A DNA stretch of 64,000 bases. Source: Candidatus Falkowbacteria bacterium GW2011_GWF2_43_32 (GTDB lineage: Bacteria > Patescibacteriota > Patescibacteriia > Patescibacteriales > UBA12465). Numbering within the stretch: position 1 is the first letter of the stretch; the number at the start of each line of letters is the position of its first letter. Below the pieces are notes generated by a model. It searched no databases, was not told where the DNA came from, and was given only the letters and a program-made list of their open reading frames with translations. Location: the NCBI GenBank assembly GCA_000999715.1, contig LCGL01000001.1:3139-67138 (forward strand), written 5' to 3'. Of the stretch, positions 9,039 to 18,420 are shown in pieces. The position numbers and the translations under genes are program-made.

Positions 9039-9368
9039 TTAAATAAAAATGTCCGGCACGACCAGCGCTTGCAAGCGGGCCACTTCCCCGGCCACCACTT
9101 CGCCGTCGTATTCGGCGTTATGCCGGCTGAAACCTTCATAGCCCGGCCGTTTCTGGTCCAAATGCAAATTAAAAACCACTTGCTCGCCGCCGGCGTTATT
9201 CCGGCTTTCTTTAAAATAAATATGAAAACGCGGATAAAAATCGCGCGTCAAACGACGGGCAAAACTGCGTTCCCCGTCCTCCCGTTCCGGAATAAAAGCG
9301 TAGCCGGCGCGGCGCAGCCACATTTCCGGCGCTTCGCCCAATTGTTGTTTAGTGACGGTAAACTTCAT
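9039..9368 (-). CDS. Hypothetical protein
   Basis: 109-aa ORF with host-like composition; overlaps the gtrA-like gene by 20 nt and ends 20 nt before dnaG. No motif recognised. Confidence 0.45.
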   Translation of the reverse strand: MKFTVTKQQLGEAPEMWLRRAGYAFIPEREDGERSFARRLTRDFYPRFHIYFKESRNNAGGEQVVFNLHLDQKRPGYEGFSRHNAEYDGEVVAGEVARLQALVVPDIFI

Positions 9369-9831
9369 TTAGATCATTTCTAAAAATAAGGAATTTATAA
9401 ATTAACCAACTCCACAAACCGATGATGATGTTGACGACGATTTGCGCCGCCAGATACCAGATGAAAAATCTGACGACCAGCAAATGCATGAATACGCCGT
9501 TCAAATAAAGAACGAAAATGATATTTAAAAAATATAAAAATAACTGGTTGGTGGTCGCGGCGCGATCGTGATTGCGGAAAGTCCAGAACTTGTGAAGCAT
9601 AAAACCGATCAGGAAAGAAATAATGAAAGCCAATGTGGTGGCGCCGACTATTTCCATTTTCAGCAAACCGTGAAAAATAAACAAAAAAATCAAATCAAAG
9701 ACGGTGGTCACACTGCCGGCCAGAGCATATTTGATCAAAGAATTCTGACGACCGCAAACTCCGGCCAAACGGGGAAAACGGGCAGAAAAGAAACGATGCA
9801 GTTTAAAATAGAAATCATGCAGGAAAGACAT
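9349..9831 (-). CDS. GtrA-family membrane protein
   Basis: 160 aa, four predicted TM helices, KYALAGSVTTVFDLIFLFIF typical of the GtrA-like family. Confidence 0.65.
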   Translation of the reverse strand: MSFLHDFYFKLHRFFSARFPRLAGVCGRQNSLIKYALAGSVTTVFDLIFLFIFHGLLKMEIVGATTLAFIISFLIGFMLHKFWTFRNHDRAATTNQLFLYFLNIIFVLYLNGVFMHLLVVRFFIWYLAAQIVVNIIIGLWSWLIYKFLIFRNDLNEVYRH

Positions 9832-9881
9832 AGAACAACTTTATTTTAAAATAATTAAATCAATGACGTTTTCCGTTCTTC

Positions 9882-10751
9882 TCACTTGATACGGCCGTAA
9901 TTTGTAAATACCCAATTAACCAATTTCTTGCTCTCCCGAAAGCGCTCGTTCTTGCCGTCCGAATTCAAGATGACGGAAATCACTTCCCGACCGCTCCGAT
10001 CTTTCAAACGACCGACAAAGCAATAACCGGCTTCGTCGGTATAACCGGTCTTGCCGCCCAAGACTTCAAAAGCATTCTGTTCCGTGTCAAATAAAAGATA
10101 ATCGGTGGACACCACTTTTTTTTCCCGGCCTTCCCGAGTCGTAAACTCATAATCGCGTCGCACGGTAGCATGGCTGATGTCGTCCCGGCGAAAAGCGCTT
10201 TGTGCCAATAAGGCCACTTCGCGCGCCGTGGAAACGTTTTGATCGCTCAAACCGATCGGATCGACAAAACGGGTGTTGACCAAACCGAGTCGGACGGCCC
10301 GGTCGTTCATTTGCGCGACGAATTCTTCTTCGCTCAAACCGGTGGCATGAACCAAAGCGGCGGTAGCACCATTATCGGAGGCCACCAGACTGGTATAGAA
10401 CAAATCCCGCACCGTGACATTCTCTCCCAAAAACAGATTCAAACGGCCGCCGGCGACATTATCGGCCGCCGTAATTTCATAATTCGTCTCCCAGCCCGGA
10501 TTATTGTCCAAAAAAACCAGCGCGGTCATCAATTTGGTGATACTGGCGATCGGCTGAACTTCGTCGGCCCGTTTGGTAAACAGAAAAATGCGATCGTCGG
10601 CGGTCAGTACCGCCCCTTTTTCGGCGGTCAATTCCATTACCGGCGCGTTCGGTTTCAAATTGATAAAGATCGCTTCATGATTAACCGTCGCCGTCAGATC
10701 GGCCCGGAGAAAAAACAAAGCCAAGATTAAATTGATAATTCCGGTCAGCAT
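9882..10751 (-). CDS. D-alanyl-D-alanine carboxypeptidase (peptidase S11, PBP5/6-like)
   Basis: SxxK (SITK), SxN (SDN) and KTG (GGKTGYT) motifs. Confidence 0.85.
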   Translation of the reverse strand: MLTGIINLILALFFLRADLTATVNHEAIFINLKPNAPVMELTAEKGAVLTADDRIFLFTKRADEVQPIASITKLMTALVFLDNNPGWETNYEITAADNVAGGRLNLFLGENVTVRDLFYTSLVASDNGATAALVHATGLSEEEFVAQMNDRAVRLGLVNTRFVDPIGLSDQNVSTAREVALLAQSAFRRDDISHATVRRDYEFTTREGREKKVVSTDYLLFDTEQNAFEVLGGKTGYTDEAGYCFVGRLKDRSGREVISVILNSDGKNERFRESKKLVNWVFTNYGRIK

Positions 10752-10767
10752 GATTTTTGATGATTAA

Positions 10768-11316
10768 TTATTCGGCCGCTTCACCGCCGGCCAAAACGGA
10801 AGCGATCGTTTCCGTTTTATTGAGCCGCTCATAATCCGGCAATCCGGCCAGACTGTTCAAACCCAGGAAACGGATAAAATCATGGGTAACCGTATAAAAA
10901 TATTCGCCCTTTTGCTTATCAAATTTTTCCTCGATCAAACCGCGCAACAACAAATTGCGGATAATCAAACTGCAATTGACGCCGCGGATTCTGTCCAACT
11001 CCAATTTGGCGATCGGACCGCGATAAGCGATAATGGTCAACGCTTCCAGGCTCGGTTGGGACAACTCGCCGCTCATTTCGCTCTGCAAAACTTTCTGCAC
11101 CAAAGCGGCATTGGCGGCGGCGGTGGTGATTTGATAGCGACCATTGTTGTCGATCAAAGCCAGGCCGCGATCGCCGTTCTGATAGTCGTCGGCCAATTCC
11201 TGCAAAGCTTTTTCCGCGTCCGAAACTTTGGCGCCCGTCGACGCCGCCAGTTCTTTCGCTCCCAGGGGCTTCAAAGAAACGAACAACAATGATTCTAATT
11301 GCGATTTTAGGGACAT
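10768..11316 (-). CDS. scpB: Segregation and condensation protein B
   Basis: LESLLFVS..PL N-terminus and tandem winged-helix pattern; adjacent to scpA. Confidence 0.85.
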   Translation of the reverse strand: MSLKSQLESLLFVSLKPLGAKELAASTGAKVSDAEKALQELADDYQNGDRGLALIDNNGRYQITTAAANAALVQKVLQSEMSGELSQPSLEALTIIAYRGPIAKLELDRIRGVNCSLIIRNLLLRGLIEEKFDKQKGEYFYTVTHDFIRFLGLNSLAGLPDYERLNKTETIASVLAGGEAAE

Positions 11317-11332
11317 ATGATTGAAAAATATT

Positions 11333-12076
11333 TTATTCCGTCGTGCGACCGCTGATCATAATTTCGCTGAACAGCTCACCCTGTTCAAACACCAATTCTT
11401 TTTGCTTCGCCAACTCCAGTACCGCCAAAAAACTGACGATCACTTCGGTTTTGGTGGTGGCGGCGGCCAACAATTTGGAAAAACTGATCTTGATTTTATC
11501 CACCAGCATTTTTTTGATCGATAAAATTTTGTCTTCAATGTTTATTTTCGGCTCCAAAGTTCTTTCCGCCAATTTCTCTTCCCTGGCCGCCTCCAATTGT
11601 CTGTCCAAATCCGCCAAAATTTTTAAAAACTGATTATGCAAGGCTGTCGCTTCCAATCCGCTCGGCGGCGAAAATAGTGGCAAATTGAATTGCTGACGGC
11701 GATTTCTGGCCAAAGGCGGCAGGTAGAGCCAATTCCGGGCGGCGATGATGTCTTTCACTTTTCGGCTGGCATCCACGAATTCTTTATACATCCGCAATTG
11801 CCGTTCCAAATCGTTGATCTCTTCGTCCTCCTCCGGCGAAGACAGATACGGCAAAAGCGCCTTGGATTTGATAAATAACAATTTGGCGGCGATGACCAAA
11901 AAATCAGCCAGCTCTTCCGGATTGATATCCCGGGCGCCGCGAATATAATTGACGTATTCGTCGGCAATCTTGGCCAAAGAAATTTCCGTAATGTCCATCT
12001 CTTCGCTTTCAATCAGCGTCAGGAGCAAGCCGAGCGGACCGGAAAATTTTTCTGTCGTGAAATCCATCATAATCAA
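11333..12076 (-). CDS. scpA: Segregation and condensation protein A (kleisin)
   Basis: FSGPLGLLLTLIESEEMDITEISLAKIADEY N-terminus typical of ScpA. Confidence 0.85.
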   Translation of the reverse strand: MIMMDFTTEKFSGPLGLLLTLIESEEMDITEISLAKIADEYVNYIRGARDINPEELADFLVIAAKLLFIKSKALLPYLSSPEEDEEINDLERQLRMYKEFVDASRKVKDIIAARNWLYLPPLARNRRQQFNLPLFSPPSGLEATALHNQFLKILADLDRQLEAAREEKLAERTLEPKINIEDKILSIKKMLVDKIKISFSKLLAAATTKTEVIVSFLAVLELAKQKELVFEQGELFSEIMISGRTTE

Positions 12077-12082
12077 ACGACG

Positions 12083-13084
12083 TTAATCGAGCAATTTGGG
12101 CGCGGCATAAAGAGTGCCTTTCAAACATTGGTAGCCGGCTTTATGATTTTTGTTATTGTCGGGATAATAAACCGTCCGGGCCCCGGAGCCGTTGTCGGCC
12201 GCGGCGCTGTCCAATCTGAACACGGCGCAAAACTCAAAATCTTCGTCGCTCAAACGATTATAAACGATGGCCGCTTTGGTGTCCGGATCAATCAGCGCGG
12301 CCGCGTCCAAATAAACGTTCGGATCGTTGGCCAATTCCGTCAAATTGTCCGGCAGTTGTTTGTGCCGATCGTAATAAGTGTTGACGGCGCTTTCCAGACT
12401 ATAAATATTATTGGTCAAAGCTTGATCCAAAAGACGGGCGCGGGCCGCCTGCGGCGCTTCCACAAAAAACCAGGAAGCCGTGAAAGCGGCTACGACCACG
12501 GCCAAGGAAGCGAAGAAAAAAATCTTCACGACCGGATCCTTCTTGTCCGCTTCTTCCCGCTTGATGTCGTAAAAATAAAAATAAAAAACCGCGGCGGAAA
12601 TAACAAAAACCGTCGCCGCCTTGAGAATAAAGCGGGCCGTCAATTCTCCGTCCAAGAAAGCGTTGATGACGCTGATTAAAACTCCCAACACCACCAAGGA
12701 AGAAACGAATAAAATCAAATAAGTCAACCAGCGTCGAATGGCGGAATCTTTATCCAGTTCTCCGGAACGACGGCCTTGATTGATCAAACCGGAAATCAGA
12801 TAAAAAATCGGCGCGGCAATCAATAAGGCGGAGATGGCGAATTTCAATTGCGAATCGTGACCGATAAAATTATTCAACACGTCGGCGACCGTCTTATCGA
12901 TGATGCTGAAAGCGATCATGCCGACGGACAGGGCCGTAAAAACCAGAGCGACAAGCGACAGCAGATAATAAAAAGCGTACTTGGCGTTGTGTTTGTTGGA
13001 CATATTGTTGTTTCCGTCCCGGAGCGCCAAGACAATGAAAATTATCAAGAGCACGATTCCGGGTAAAATTAAAAAACTCATCAT
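12083..13084 (-). CDS. Multi-pass membrane protein (DUF5671-like N-terminal region) with an extracytoplasmic C-terminal domain
   Basis: 333 aa, about 6 TM helices, then a soluble domain of about 110 aa; function unknown. Confidence 0.45.
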   Translation of the reverse strand: MMSFLILPGIVLLIIFIVLALRDGNNNMSNKHNAKYAFYYLLSLVALVFTALSVGMIAFSIIDKTVADVLNNFIGHDSQLKFAISALLIAAPIFYLISGLINQGRRSGELDKDSAIRRWLTYLILFVSSLVVLGVLISVINAFLDGELTARFILKAATVFVISAAVFYFYFYDIKREEADKKDPVVKIFFFASLAVVVAAFTASWFFVEAPQAARARLLDQALTNNIYSLESAVNTYYDRHKQLPDNLTELANDPNVYLDAAALIDPDTKAAIVYNRLSDEDFEFCAVFRLDSAAADNGSGARTVYYPDNNKNHKAGYQCLKGTLYAAPKLLD

Positions 13085-13105
13085 AAAATAATAAAAATTC
13101 CACTT

Positions 13106-14497
13106 TTAAAACTCCGCGTTCTTCGGCGTGCGCGGAAACGGAATGACATCGCGGATATTGGCCATGCCGGACAAGTACATAATCAATCTTTCAAAACCCA
13201 AACCGAAGCCGGCATGTTTGACCGAACCGTATTTGCGCAAATCCAAATACCAGGCGTAGTCTTCTTTTTTCAAGCCCATCTCCTCCAGCCGTTTTTCCAG
13301 TTTTTCCAAACGCTCTTCCCGCTGACTGCCGCCGATGATTTCCCCGATGCCCGGCGCCAGCAAATCCATGGCCGCCACCGTTTTTCCGTCTTCGTTCAAG
13401 CGCATATAAAACGCCTTGATATCCTTGGGATAATCACTGACAAAAACCGGCTTCTTATAAACCTTATCGGTCAAATAACGCTCGTGTTCGGTTTGCAAGT
13501 CAATTCCCCATTTGACCGGATAAACGAATTTTTCGCCGGATTTTTCCAAAATTTCAATCGCTTCGGTATAGGTGATACGCCCGAAAGAAGAATTCAAAAT
13601 ATTATCCCAGCGCGTCGCGATACCCGGCTCGATGAATTTGTTGAAAAATTCCATTTCTTCCGGCAATTCTTTCAGAATATAGGCGACCAGATATTTCAGC
13701 ATTTTTTCCGCCAAAGCCATGTCGTCGTTCAAATCCGCAAAAGCCATTTCCGGCTCCATCATCCAAAATTCCGACGCATGACGCGTCGTATTGGAATTCT
13801 CGGCGCGAAAAGTCGGACCGAAAGTATAAACTTTATTCAAACCCATGATCAAAGCTTCGGCGTTAAGCTGACCGCTGACGGTCAAGCCCGCTTTCCGGCC
13901 GAAAAAATCGGCGGCGTAATCGATTTCGCCCTTGGCGTCGCGCGACGGATTTTTTAAATCCAAAGTCGTGACCTGAAACATTTCCCCCGCACCTTCGCAA
14001 TCGCTGGTGGAAATAATCGGCGTCTGGATATAAGAAAATCCTTCTTCTTGAAAAAATTTATGAATGGCAAAAGACAAAACCGAACGCAAACGGAAAACCG
14101 CGGAAAAAGTATTACTGCGACCGCGCAGATGAGCGATGGTGCGCAGAAATTCAAAGCTATGCTTTTTTTTCTGCAAAGGATAATCGGCCGGCGCTTCGTT
14201 CAAAATCGTAATTTGCTTGGCTTTCAATTCAAAGGCCTGACCGGCGGCCGGCGAAGCCACCAATTCCCCGCTCACCGTTAACGACGAGCCGACGCCGATT
14301 TTTTCCGCCGCGGCAAAATTAGCCAAGTCCGTGCCGAAAACTATCTGCAAGCCTTTAAAAAAAGAACCGTCGTTTAATTCAATGAAGCCGAAATCTTTGG
14401 AAGCGCGGGCCGTTCGCACCCAGCCGGCCACGGCGATTTCTTTATTCAAAAAAGCGGCGGTGTCTTGATATAATGATTTGATTAAAATAGAAGACAT
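13106..14497 (-). CDS. asnS: Asparagine--tRNA ligase
   Basis: Class IIb motifs ([30 protein letters not shown]). Start set at ATG 14497 (MSSILIK). Confidence 0.9.
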   Translation of the reverse strand: MSSILIKSLYQDTAAFLNKEIAVAGWVRTARASKDFGFIELNDGSFFKGLQIVFGTDLANFAAAEKIGVGSSLTVSGELVASPAAGQAFELKAKQITILNEAPADYPLQKKKHSFEFLRTIAHLRGRSNTFSAVFRLRSVLSFAIHKFFQEEGFSYIQTPIISTSDCEGAGEMFQVTTLDLKNPSRDAKGEIDYAADFFGRKAGLTVSGQLNAEALIMGLNKVYTFGPTFRAENSNTTRHASEFWMMEPEMAFADLNDDMALAEKMLKYLVAYILKELPEEMEFFNKFIEPGIATRWDNILNSSFGRITYTEAIEILEKSGEKFVYPVKWGIDLQTEHERYLTDKVYKKPVFVSDYPKDIKAFYMRLNEDGKTVAAMDLLAPGIGEIIGGSQREERLEKLEKRLEEMGLKKEDYAWYLDLRKYGSVKHAGFGLGFERLIMYLSGMANIRDVIPFPRTPKNAEF

Positions 14498-14557
14498 AAT
14501 TTTTTTTAATTCTAAAAACCGATTGACGAATTTACCGACTACCGCCACCCGACCGAT

Positions 14558-15865
14558 TTAGGGGGTGAGCCTCTTCACGTCGCGCGGCAAGAAACAGGCC
14601 TCTTTGACGCTGTTCAGACCCAACATTTTCATGATAATCCGACCCGGCCCCATGCCGATACCGCTATGTTCCGGACAACCGTAACGGAAAAAATTCAAAT
14701 AATCTTTCAGCTCCTCCAAATTCATGCCTTTGTCCACGGCTTGTTTTTCCAACACTTCTATTCGATGTTCGCGTTCCGATCCGGTGGTTATTTCCAAACC
14801 GCGATAAAGCAAATCGAAACTTTTGGTCAAACCCGGATTGTCCTCGTGACGTCGATGATAAAAAGGTCGCGCCGCAATCGGATAATCGGTGACAAAAACA
14901 AAATCATGACCGGTTTCTTTTTTGATGATCGCGCCCAATTCTTTTTCTTCTTCCGTGGAAAAATCCCAATCTTTCTCGCCCTTGATTCCGGCCGCCCGTA
15001 ATTTTTCTTTCGCCTCGGCCAAAGTGATTTTCGGAAACGGCTTGGCCGGCACAGTTATTTCAAATTGCGATCCCAAGGCTTCCCGAACTTTTTCAAAACC
15101 GGAAATCAACAAATCTTCTTGCATGGACATAATATCCAAATAAGAAGCGTAGGAAACTTCCATGTCCCAGCCGGTAAACTCCGTCACGTGTCGGGTGGTA
15201 AAAGACAGCTCGGCGCGGAAAACCGTGCCGACCATGAAAACTTTCTCCAAACCGGAGGCCATGGCCATCTGTTTATAAAATTGCGGCGACTGCGCCAGAT
15301 AAGCGGAGCGATCAAAATATTTCACGGCAAAAACTTCCGCACCGCTTTCCGAAGCGGTACTCATCAAACAAGGCGTATAAATCTGAATAAAATTATTTTT
15401 TAACCAATATTCCCGACAGCCCTCTTCCAATTTCGTCCACACTTTAAAAATCAACTGATGCTCCGCCGGCCGCAAATCCAGCCAACGCCAATCCAAGCGA
15501 TTTTCTAAATTGGCTTCATTATCGGCTTTGGTGAGCACGGGAATGGGCAAATTTTCCTTAGCCAAAGAAATCAAACGCGCGTCCGTGGCGGCCAATTCAA
15601 AATCCTTGATCGGATTGGGGTCGTTTTTTTTGGTCGGCTTGGCTTGCAAATTGCCGGTCACCTCCACGACGCTTTCCAGAGTCAATTTTTCCGCCAATTC
15701 ATAGCCGCCTTGGCCGGCCGCGAAAACAATCTGCATCGTTCCCGAAATATCCGTCAAATCCACGAAAACCAAACCTTTGTGTGCCCGTAAATTACGCACC
15801 CAACCGGAAACGGTCACTTCCCCGGTCTCCTGTTTTTTCGCGTCTGTGATTAAAATTCTTGACAT
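14558..15865 (-). CDS. aspS: Aspartate--tRNA ligase, short archaeal/type-2 form
   Basis: 435 aa; FRAELSFTTRHVTEFTGWDME, GIGMGPGRI; lacks the bacterial insertion domain. Confidence 0.85.
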   Translation of the reverse strand: MSRILITDAKKQETGEVTVSGWVRNLRAHKGLVFVDLTDISGTMQIVFAAGQGGYELAEKLTLESVVEVTGNLQAKPTKKNDPNPIKDFELAATDARLISLAKENLPIPVLTKADNEANLENRLDWRWLDLRPAEHQLIFKVWTKLEEGCREYWLKNNFIQIYTPCLMSTASESGAEVFAVKYFDRSAYLAQSPQFYKQMAMASGLEKVFMVGTVFRAELSFTTRHVTEFTGWDMEVSYASYLDIMSMQEDLLISGFEKVREALGSQFEITVPAKPFPKITLAEAKEKLRAAGIKGEKDWDFSTEEEKELGAIIKKETGHDFVFVTDYPIAARPFYHRRHEDNPGLTKSFDLLYRGLEITTGSEREHRIEVLEKQAVDKGMNLEELKDYLNFFRYGCPEHSGIGMGPGRIIMKMLGLNSVKEACFLPRDVKRLTP

Positions 15866-15933
15866 ATAACGAAATTAATTCCGGCTCATCGAGAACCTGA
15901 ATTTATTAAGAAATAGCTTATTTATCTGTTTAA

Positions 15934-15962
15934 ATTTTACCTGATTTTGGGGATTTTAGCAA
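15934..15962 (-). promoter_or_regulatory. Candidate promoter TTGCTA-N17-TAAAAT for aspS
   Basis: On the minus strand, TTGCTA at 15962..15957, 17-nt spacer, TAAAAT at 15939..15934; lies directly after the recO terminator. Confidence 0.4.
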
Positions 15963-15976
15963 GCGGGCAAAACAAC

Positions 15977-16003
15977 AAAAAAGGTCTGATCTTGACCTTT
16001 TTT
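15977..16003. terminator. Rho-independent terminator downstream of recO
   Basis: AAAAAAGGTC-TGATCTT-GACCTTTTTT symmetric hairpin with flanking A/T runs. Confidence 0.55.
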
Positions 16004-16090
16004 CGTTTCGCGATACCGGACCGAAATATTTGACAATATCGGTATTTCTTGATTGTCGAATTTGAGATATAGCTCAAAAAGCGCTATTTC

Positions 16091-16861
16091 CTAAATATAA
16101 TTCAAAAAACAATCAATGATTTTTTTAGCTTCCTTGATCAAAGCGGGATTGGCTTTGATTTTCAGCTCTTGGCTGTCTAAGAGATAACGAATTAATTTAA
16201 CACAATTATCGGAAATAATCAATAAATCGGTCGACAAAACCTCTTCTTCGGTTTTCTTTTGTTCCCGACAAGTATCGCAAACCAAACCGCCGCCCTTAAG
16301 ATCGAAAAAATTCCGACCGGCGACTATCGGCCGTCCGCAAACCAGACAAGTTCTCATCTCCGGCACATAACCCAGCTCCGCCAAGAGCTTTAAAGCGAAA
16401 AAACTATAAAATAATTCCCCGTCGCCTTGGCTCAATCCCTGGGCCGAAGACTCTTTCGTCTGAGAATGCCGTTTTTCTTGAAAATCATTCAAAACGTCCA
16501 ACCAATCGCGCAATAAAAAAAACAGACGCTCGTCCGGATGACCTTCTTTGACAAATCGGCTGAAAAGATTGAGCGCCCGACCGGCGTAATATAATTTATT
16601 CAAATCGTTTCTGATGCCCGCATAAGCAGCTCGCGTCACGACACTGCCGGCATAATCAAAAGTTTTACCCGGGATAATTAAAAAATCCGCCCAGGTCAGC
16701 GGTTCAATGTGGCCGGCTAATTTGGATTGCAATTTTTTTACGCCGCGAACCACGAGCGACAAACGCCCGTAATCGCGGGTATAAACCGTCACCAAAGCGT
16801 CATATTCGCGATATGGCTGACGATTTAAAATTATGGCCGGCGTATTTTTGGTTGCGTCCAT
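16091..16861 (-). CDS. recO: DNA repair protein RecO
   Basis: OB-fold N-terminus (AIILNRQPYREYDALVTVYT..GR) and CxxC..CxxC zinc motif (CLVCGRP..CDTC). Confidence 0.85.
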   Translation of the reverse strand: MDATKNTPAIILNRQPYREYDALVTVYTRDYGRLSLVVRGVKKLQSKLAGHIEPLTWADFLIIPGKTFDYAGSVVTRAAYAGIRNDLNKLYYAGRALNLFSRFVKEGHPDERLFFLLRDWLDVLNDFQEKRHSQTKESSAQGLSQGDGELFYSFFALKLLAELGYVPEMRTCLVCGRPIVAGRNFFDLKGGGLVCDTCREQKKTEEEVLSTDLLIISDNCVKLIRYLLDSQELKIKANPALIKEAKKIIDCFLNYI

Positions 16862-16869
16862 AGATTAAA

Positions 16870-16996
16870 CTTTCAGATAATGCTTTCGAGGAGCGAATAT
16901 TTTTTCGTAAAGAAAAATTTAGCTAGCCGCCGGCAGGCGGATGGATAAATTTTTCCACAGAAAAAATCCTGAGCGGAGGAAAGCATTATCCGGAAG
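16870..16996 (+). ncRNA. Long-hairpin intergenic element, copy A (strand assignment tentative)
   Basis: 18-bp outer stem (16 WC, 1 U.G, 1 A.C); conserved loop GAGGAGCGAAU / ..UGAGCGGAG; 8-bp A/U stem; loop GUAAA/CACA; apical stem with CCGCC-GGCA-GGCGG. Fills the ruvX-recO spacer. Confidence 0.5.
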
Positions 16997-17034
16997 CTTA
17001 AAACTTTTCTTTTAATTTCGAATTATAAAACAAA

Positions 17035-17418
17035 TCAATTTCTGTCCAAATAATCCTGCAAAATAAGCGTGGCGGCGATTTCATCGCGCTCCGCTTTTTC
17101 CGTTCCCTGCCCGTCCAAAGAATCGGCCGCCAAACTGCTCAAGCGTTCGTCAACCAACTCCACCAATCGACCGCTCCGCTCTTTCAATTGCTCCAAGAAA
17201 CTGAGCCAAAGCGGATTGTCGGCCGCCTCGCCGCTCATTTTAGTCGGAGCGCCCAAAACCACGATATCGGTTTTTTCTTCTTTCATTACTTTTAAAACAT
17301 CCGCCAAAGTTTCCACCGTCTCCAAAGGCAAAGCCAAATTGGTTTCGCCGTCAGCGGTCGCCAAACCGATTCTTTTTTCCCCCCAATCGATACCCAAGTA
17401 TTTTTTAGTATTTTCCAT
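17035..17418 (-). CDS. ruvX: Holliday junction resolvase-like protein RuvX/YqgF
   Basis: YLGIDWGEKRIGLA N-terminus and GEAADNP motif typical of YqgF. Confidence 0.85.
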   Translation of the reverse strand: MENTKKYLGIDWGEKRIGLATADGETNLALPLETVETLADVLKVMKEEKTDIVVLGAPTKMSGEAADNPLWLSFLEQLKERSGRLVELVDERLSSLAADSLDGQGTEKAERDEIAATLILQDYLDRN

Positions 17419-17439
17419 ATAAATTATAATCCATTCTAG

Positions 17440-17569
17440 ATTTGCAAATCAAAATTATGTTTTAAGGAGCGATTGTTCTTTTCGTAGAGCAACCTTTATT
17501 CACCAACCGGCGAATAAAGTTTGCCACAGAAAAGAACTAGCGGGAAAAACATGATTTTGATTTGCAAAT
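17440..17569 (+). ncRNA. Long-hairpin intergenic element, copy B (strand assignment tentative)
   Basis: 24-bp outer stem (one U.G); loops AAGGAGCGAUU / UAGCGGGA; stem GUUCUUUUC/GAAAAGAAC; loop GUAGA/CACA; variable apical stem. Fills the map-ruvX spacer. Confidence 0.55.
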
Positions 17570-17586
17570 TTATTAACTTGATTAGA

Positions 17587-18417
17587 TTATTCAGTCAAAA
17601 TTTCGACTCCCTTGTCCGTCACCGCCACAGTATGTTCAAAATGCGCGCTTAAAGAGCCGTCGGCGGTCAAAATCGTATAACCGTTATCGGCCGTGACGAC
17701 GCGCCAATCGCCGATATTGATCATCGGTTCAATGGCGATAACCATACCCGATTTCAAAACAATGTTCTCCGGCGCTTTGTCGTTAATAGCGAAATTAAAG
17801 ACGTCCGGCGCTTCATGGGCAAAATAGCCGACGCCGTGTCCGACCAAGTCGCGCACCACGCCATAGCCATGCTTTTCGGCCTGTTGTTGGACGGTGCGGC
17901 CGATATCGTTAAGCCGCGCGCCCGGCCGAACGGCTTTAATCGCCAAGGCCAAACACTCGCGGGAAACGCTCAACAATTTTTTGGCTTCGACGCTGATTTT
18001 TCCCGCCGGGACGGTCACGCAAGTGTCGGTAAAAAAGCCGCCGAATTTAGAATGCGGATTAACGGGCGCCTGATATTCGGCTCTCAGCTCCGCGGTTATC
18101 GGCCACTCCATGCCGATATCCAAGTCAACAATATCGCCGGACTGAATCACGCGATTCGGCCAGGCCGCCCCGTGCACGACCTCGTTATTGATGGACACGC
18201 ATAAAGTGGACGGAAAAAACAAACCGCCCCCCAAAGGATAGTTTTTAAACGCCGAATGACCGCCGGTTTCCGTAATTAATTTATTGGCCAAGTCTTCCAA
18301 ATAAGCGGTTTCCACTCCGGGCCGCACTTCCGCGGCCAAACGCGCTAAAATGGCGGCCAAACGCCGGCCGCCCTCTTTGATAATCTTGATTTCCGCCGCT
18401 GTTTTAAGATAAATCAT
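17587..18417 (-). CDS. map: Type I methionyl aminopeptidase
   Basis: Metal ligands in VVHG, DIVDLDIG, GHGVG, IEPM, FEHTV. Confidence 0.95.
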   Translation of the reverse strand: MIYLKTAAEIKIIKEGGRRLAAILARLAAEVRPGVETAYLEDLANKLITETGGHSAFKNYPLGGGLFFPSTLCVSINNEVVHGAAWPNRVIQSGDIVDLDIGMEWPITAELRAEYQAPVNPHSKFGGFFTDTCVTVPAGKISVEAKKLLSVSRECLALAIKAVRPGARLNDIGRTVQQQAEKHGYGVVRDLVGHGVGYFAHEAPDVFNFAINDKAPENIVLKSGMVIAIEPMINIGDWRVVTADNGYTILTADGSLSAHFEHTVAVTDKGVEILTE

Positions 18418-18420
18418 AAA

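Noticed and set aside
9020-9139. N-terminal extensions in ORF-track calls (dnaG, asnS 14498-14548, alaS 45565-45609, rpsZ, rplR, rpmB, GT4 62463-62579, membrane protein 53800-53970, S8 61176-61196)
   Set aside because: The extensions overlap upstream genes or promoters and lack family-typical sequence, and a conserved family N-terminus begins at an internal ATG. Starts were therefore moved.
13214-13957. Long plus-strand ORFs inside minus-strand genes (for example 13214-13957, 41651-42235, 44455-45108, 60303-60968, 19608-20198, 10239-10730)
   Set aside because: They lie antisense within genes whose products are unambiguous (asnS, rpsD, alaS, S8 protease, secY, dac). They translate to R/G/F/Q-rich low-complexity sequence with no motifs, and are typical shadow ORFs caused by codon bias.
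17440-17569. Tiny minus-strand ORFs inside the hairpin elements (MFFPLVLFCGKLYSPVGE in B, MFFPLVLFCGKI in C, MLSSAQDFFCGKIY... in A)
   Set aside because: The shared FCGK residues merely reflect the conserved TTCTGTGG nucleotides of the CACA loop. ORF lengths differ, stops are not conserved, and there is no RBS. An RNA-level explanation is simpler.
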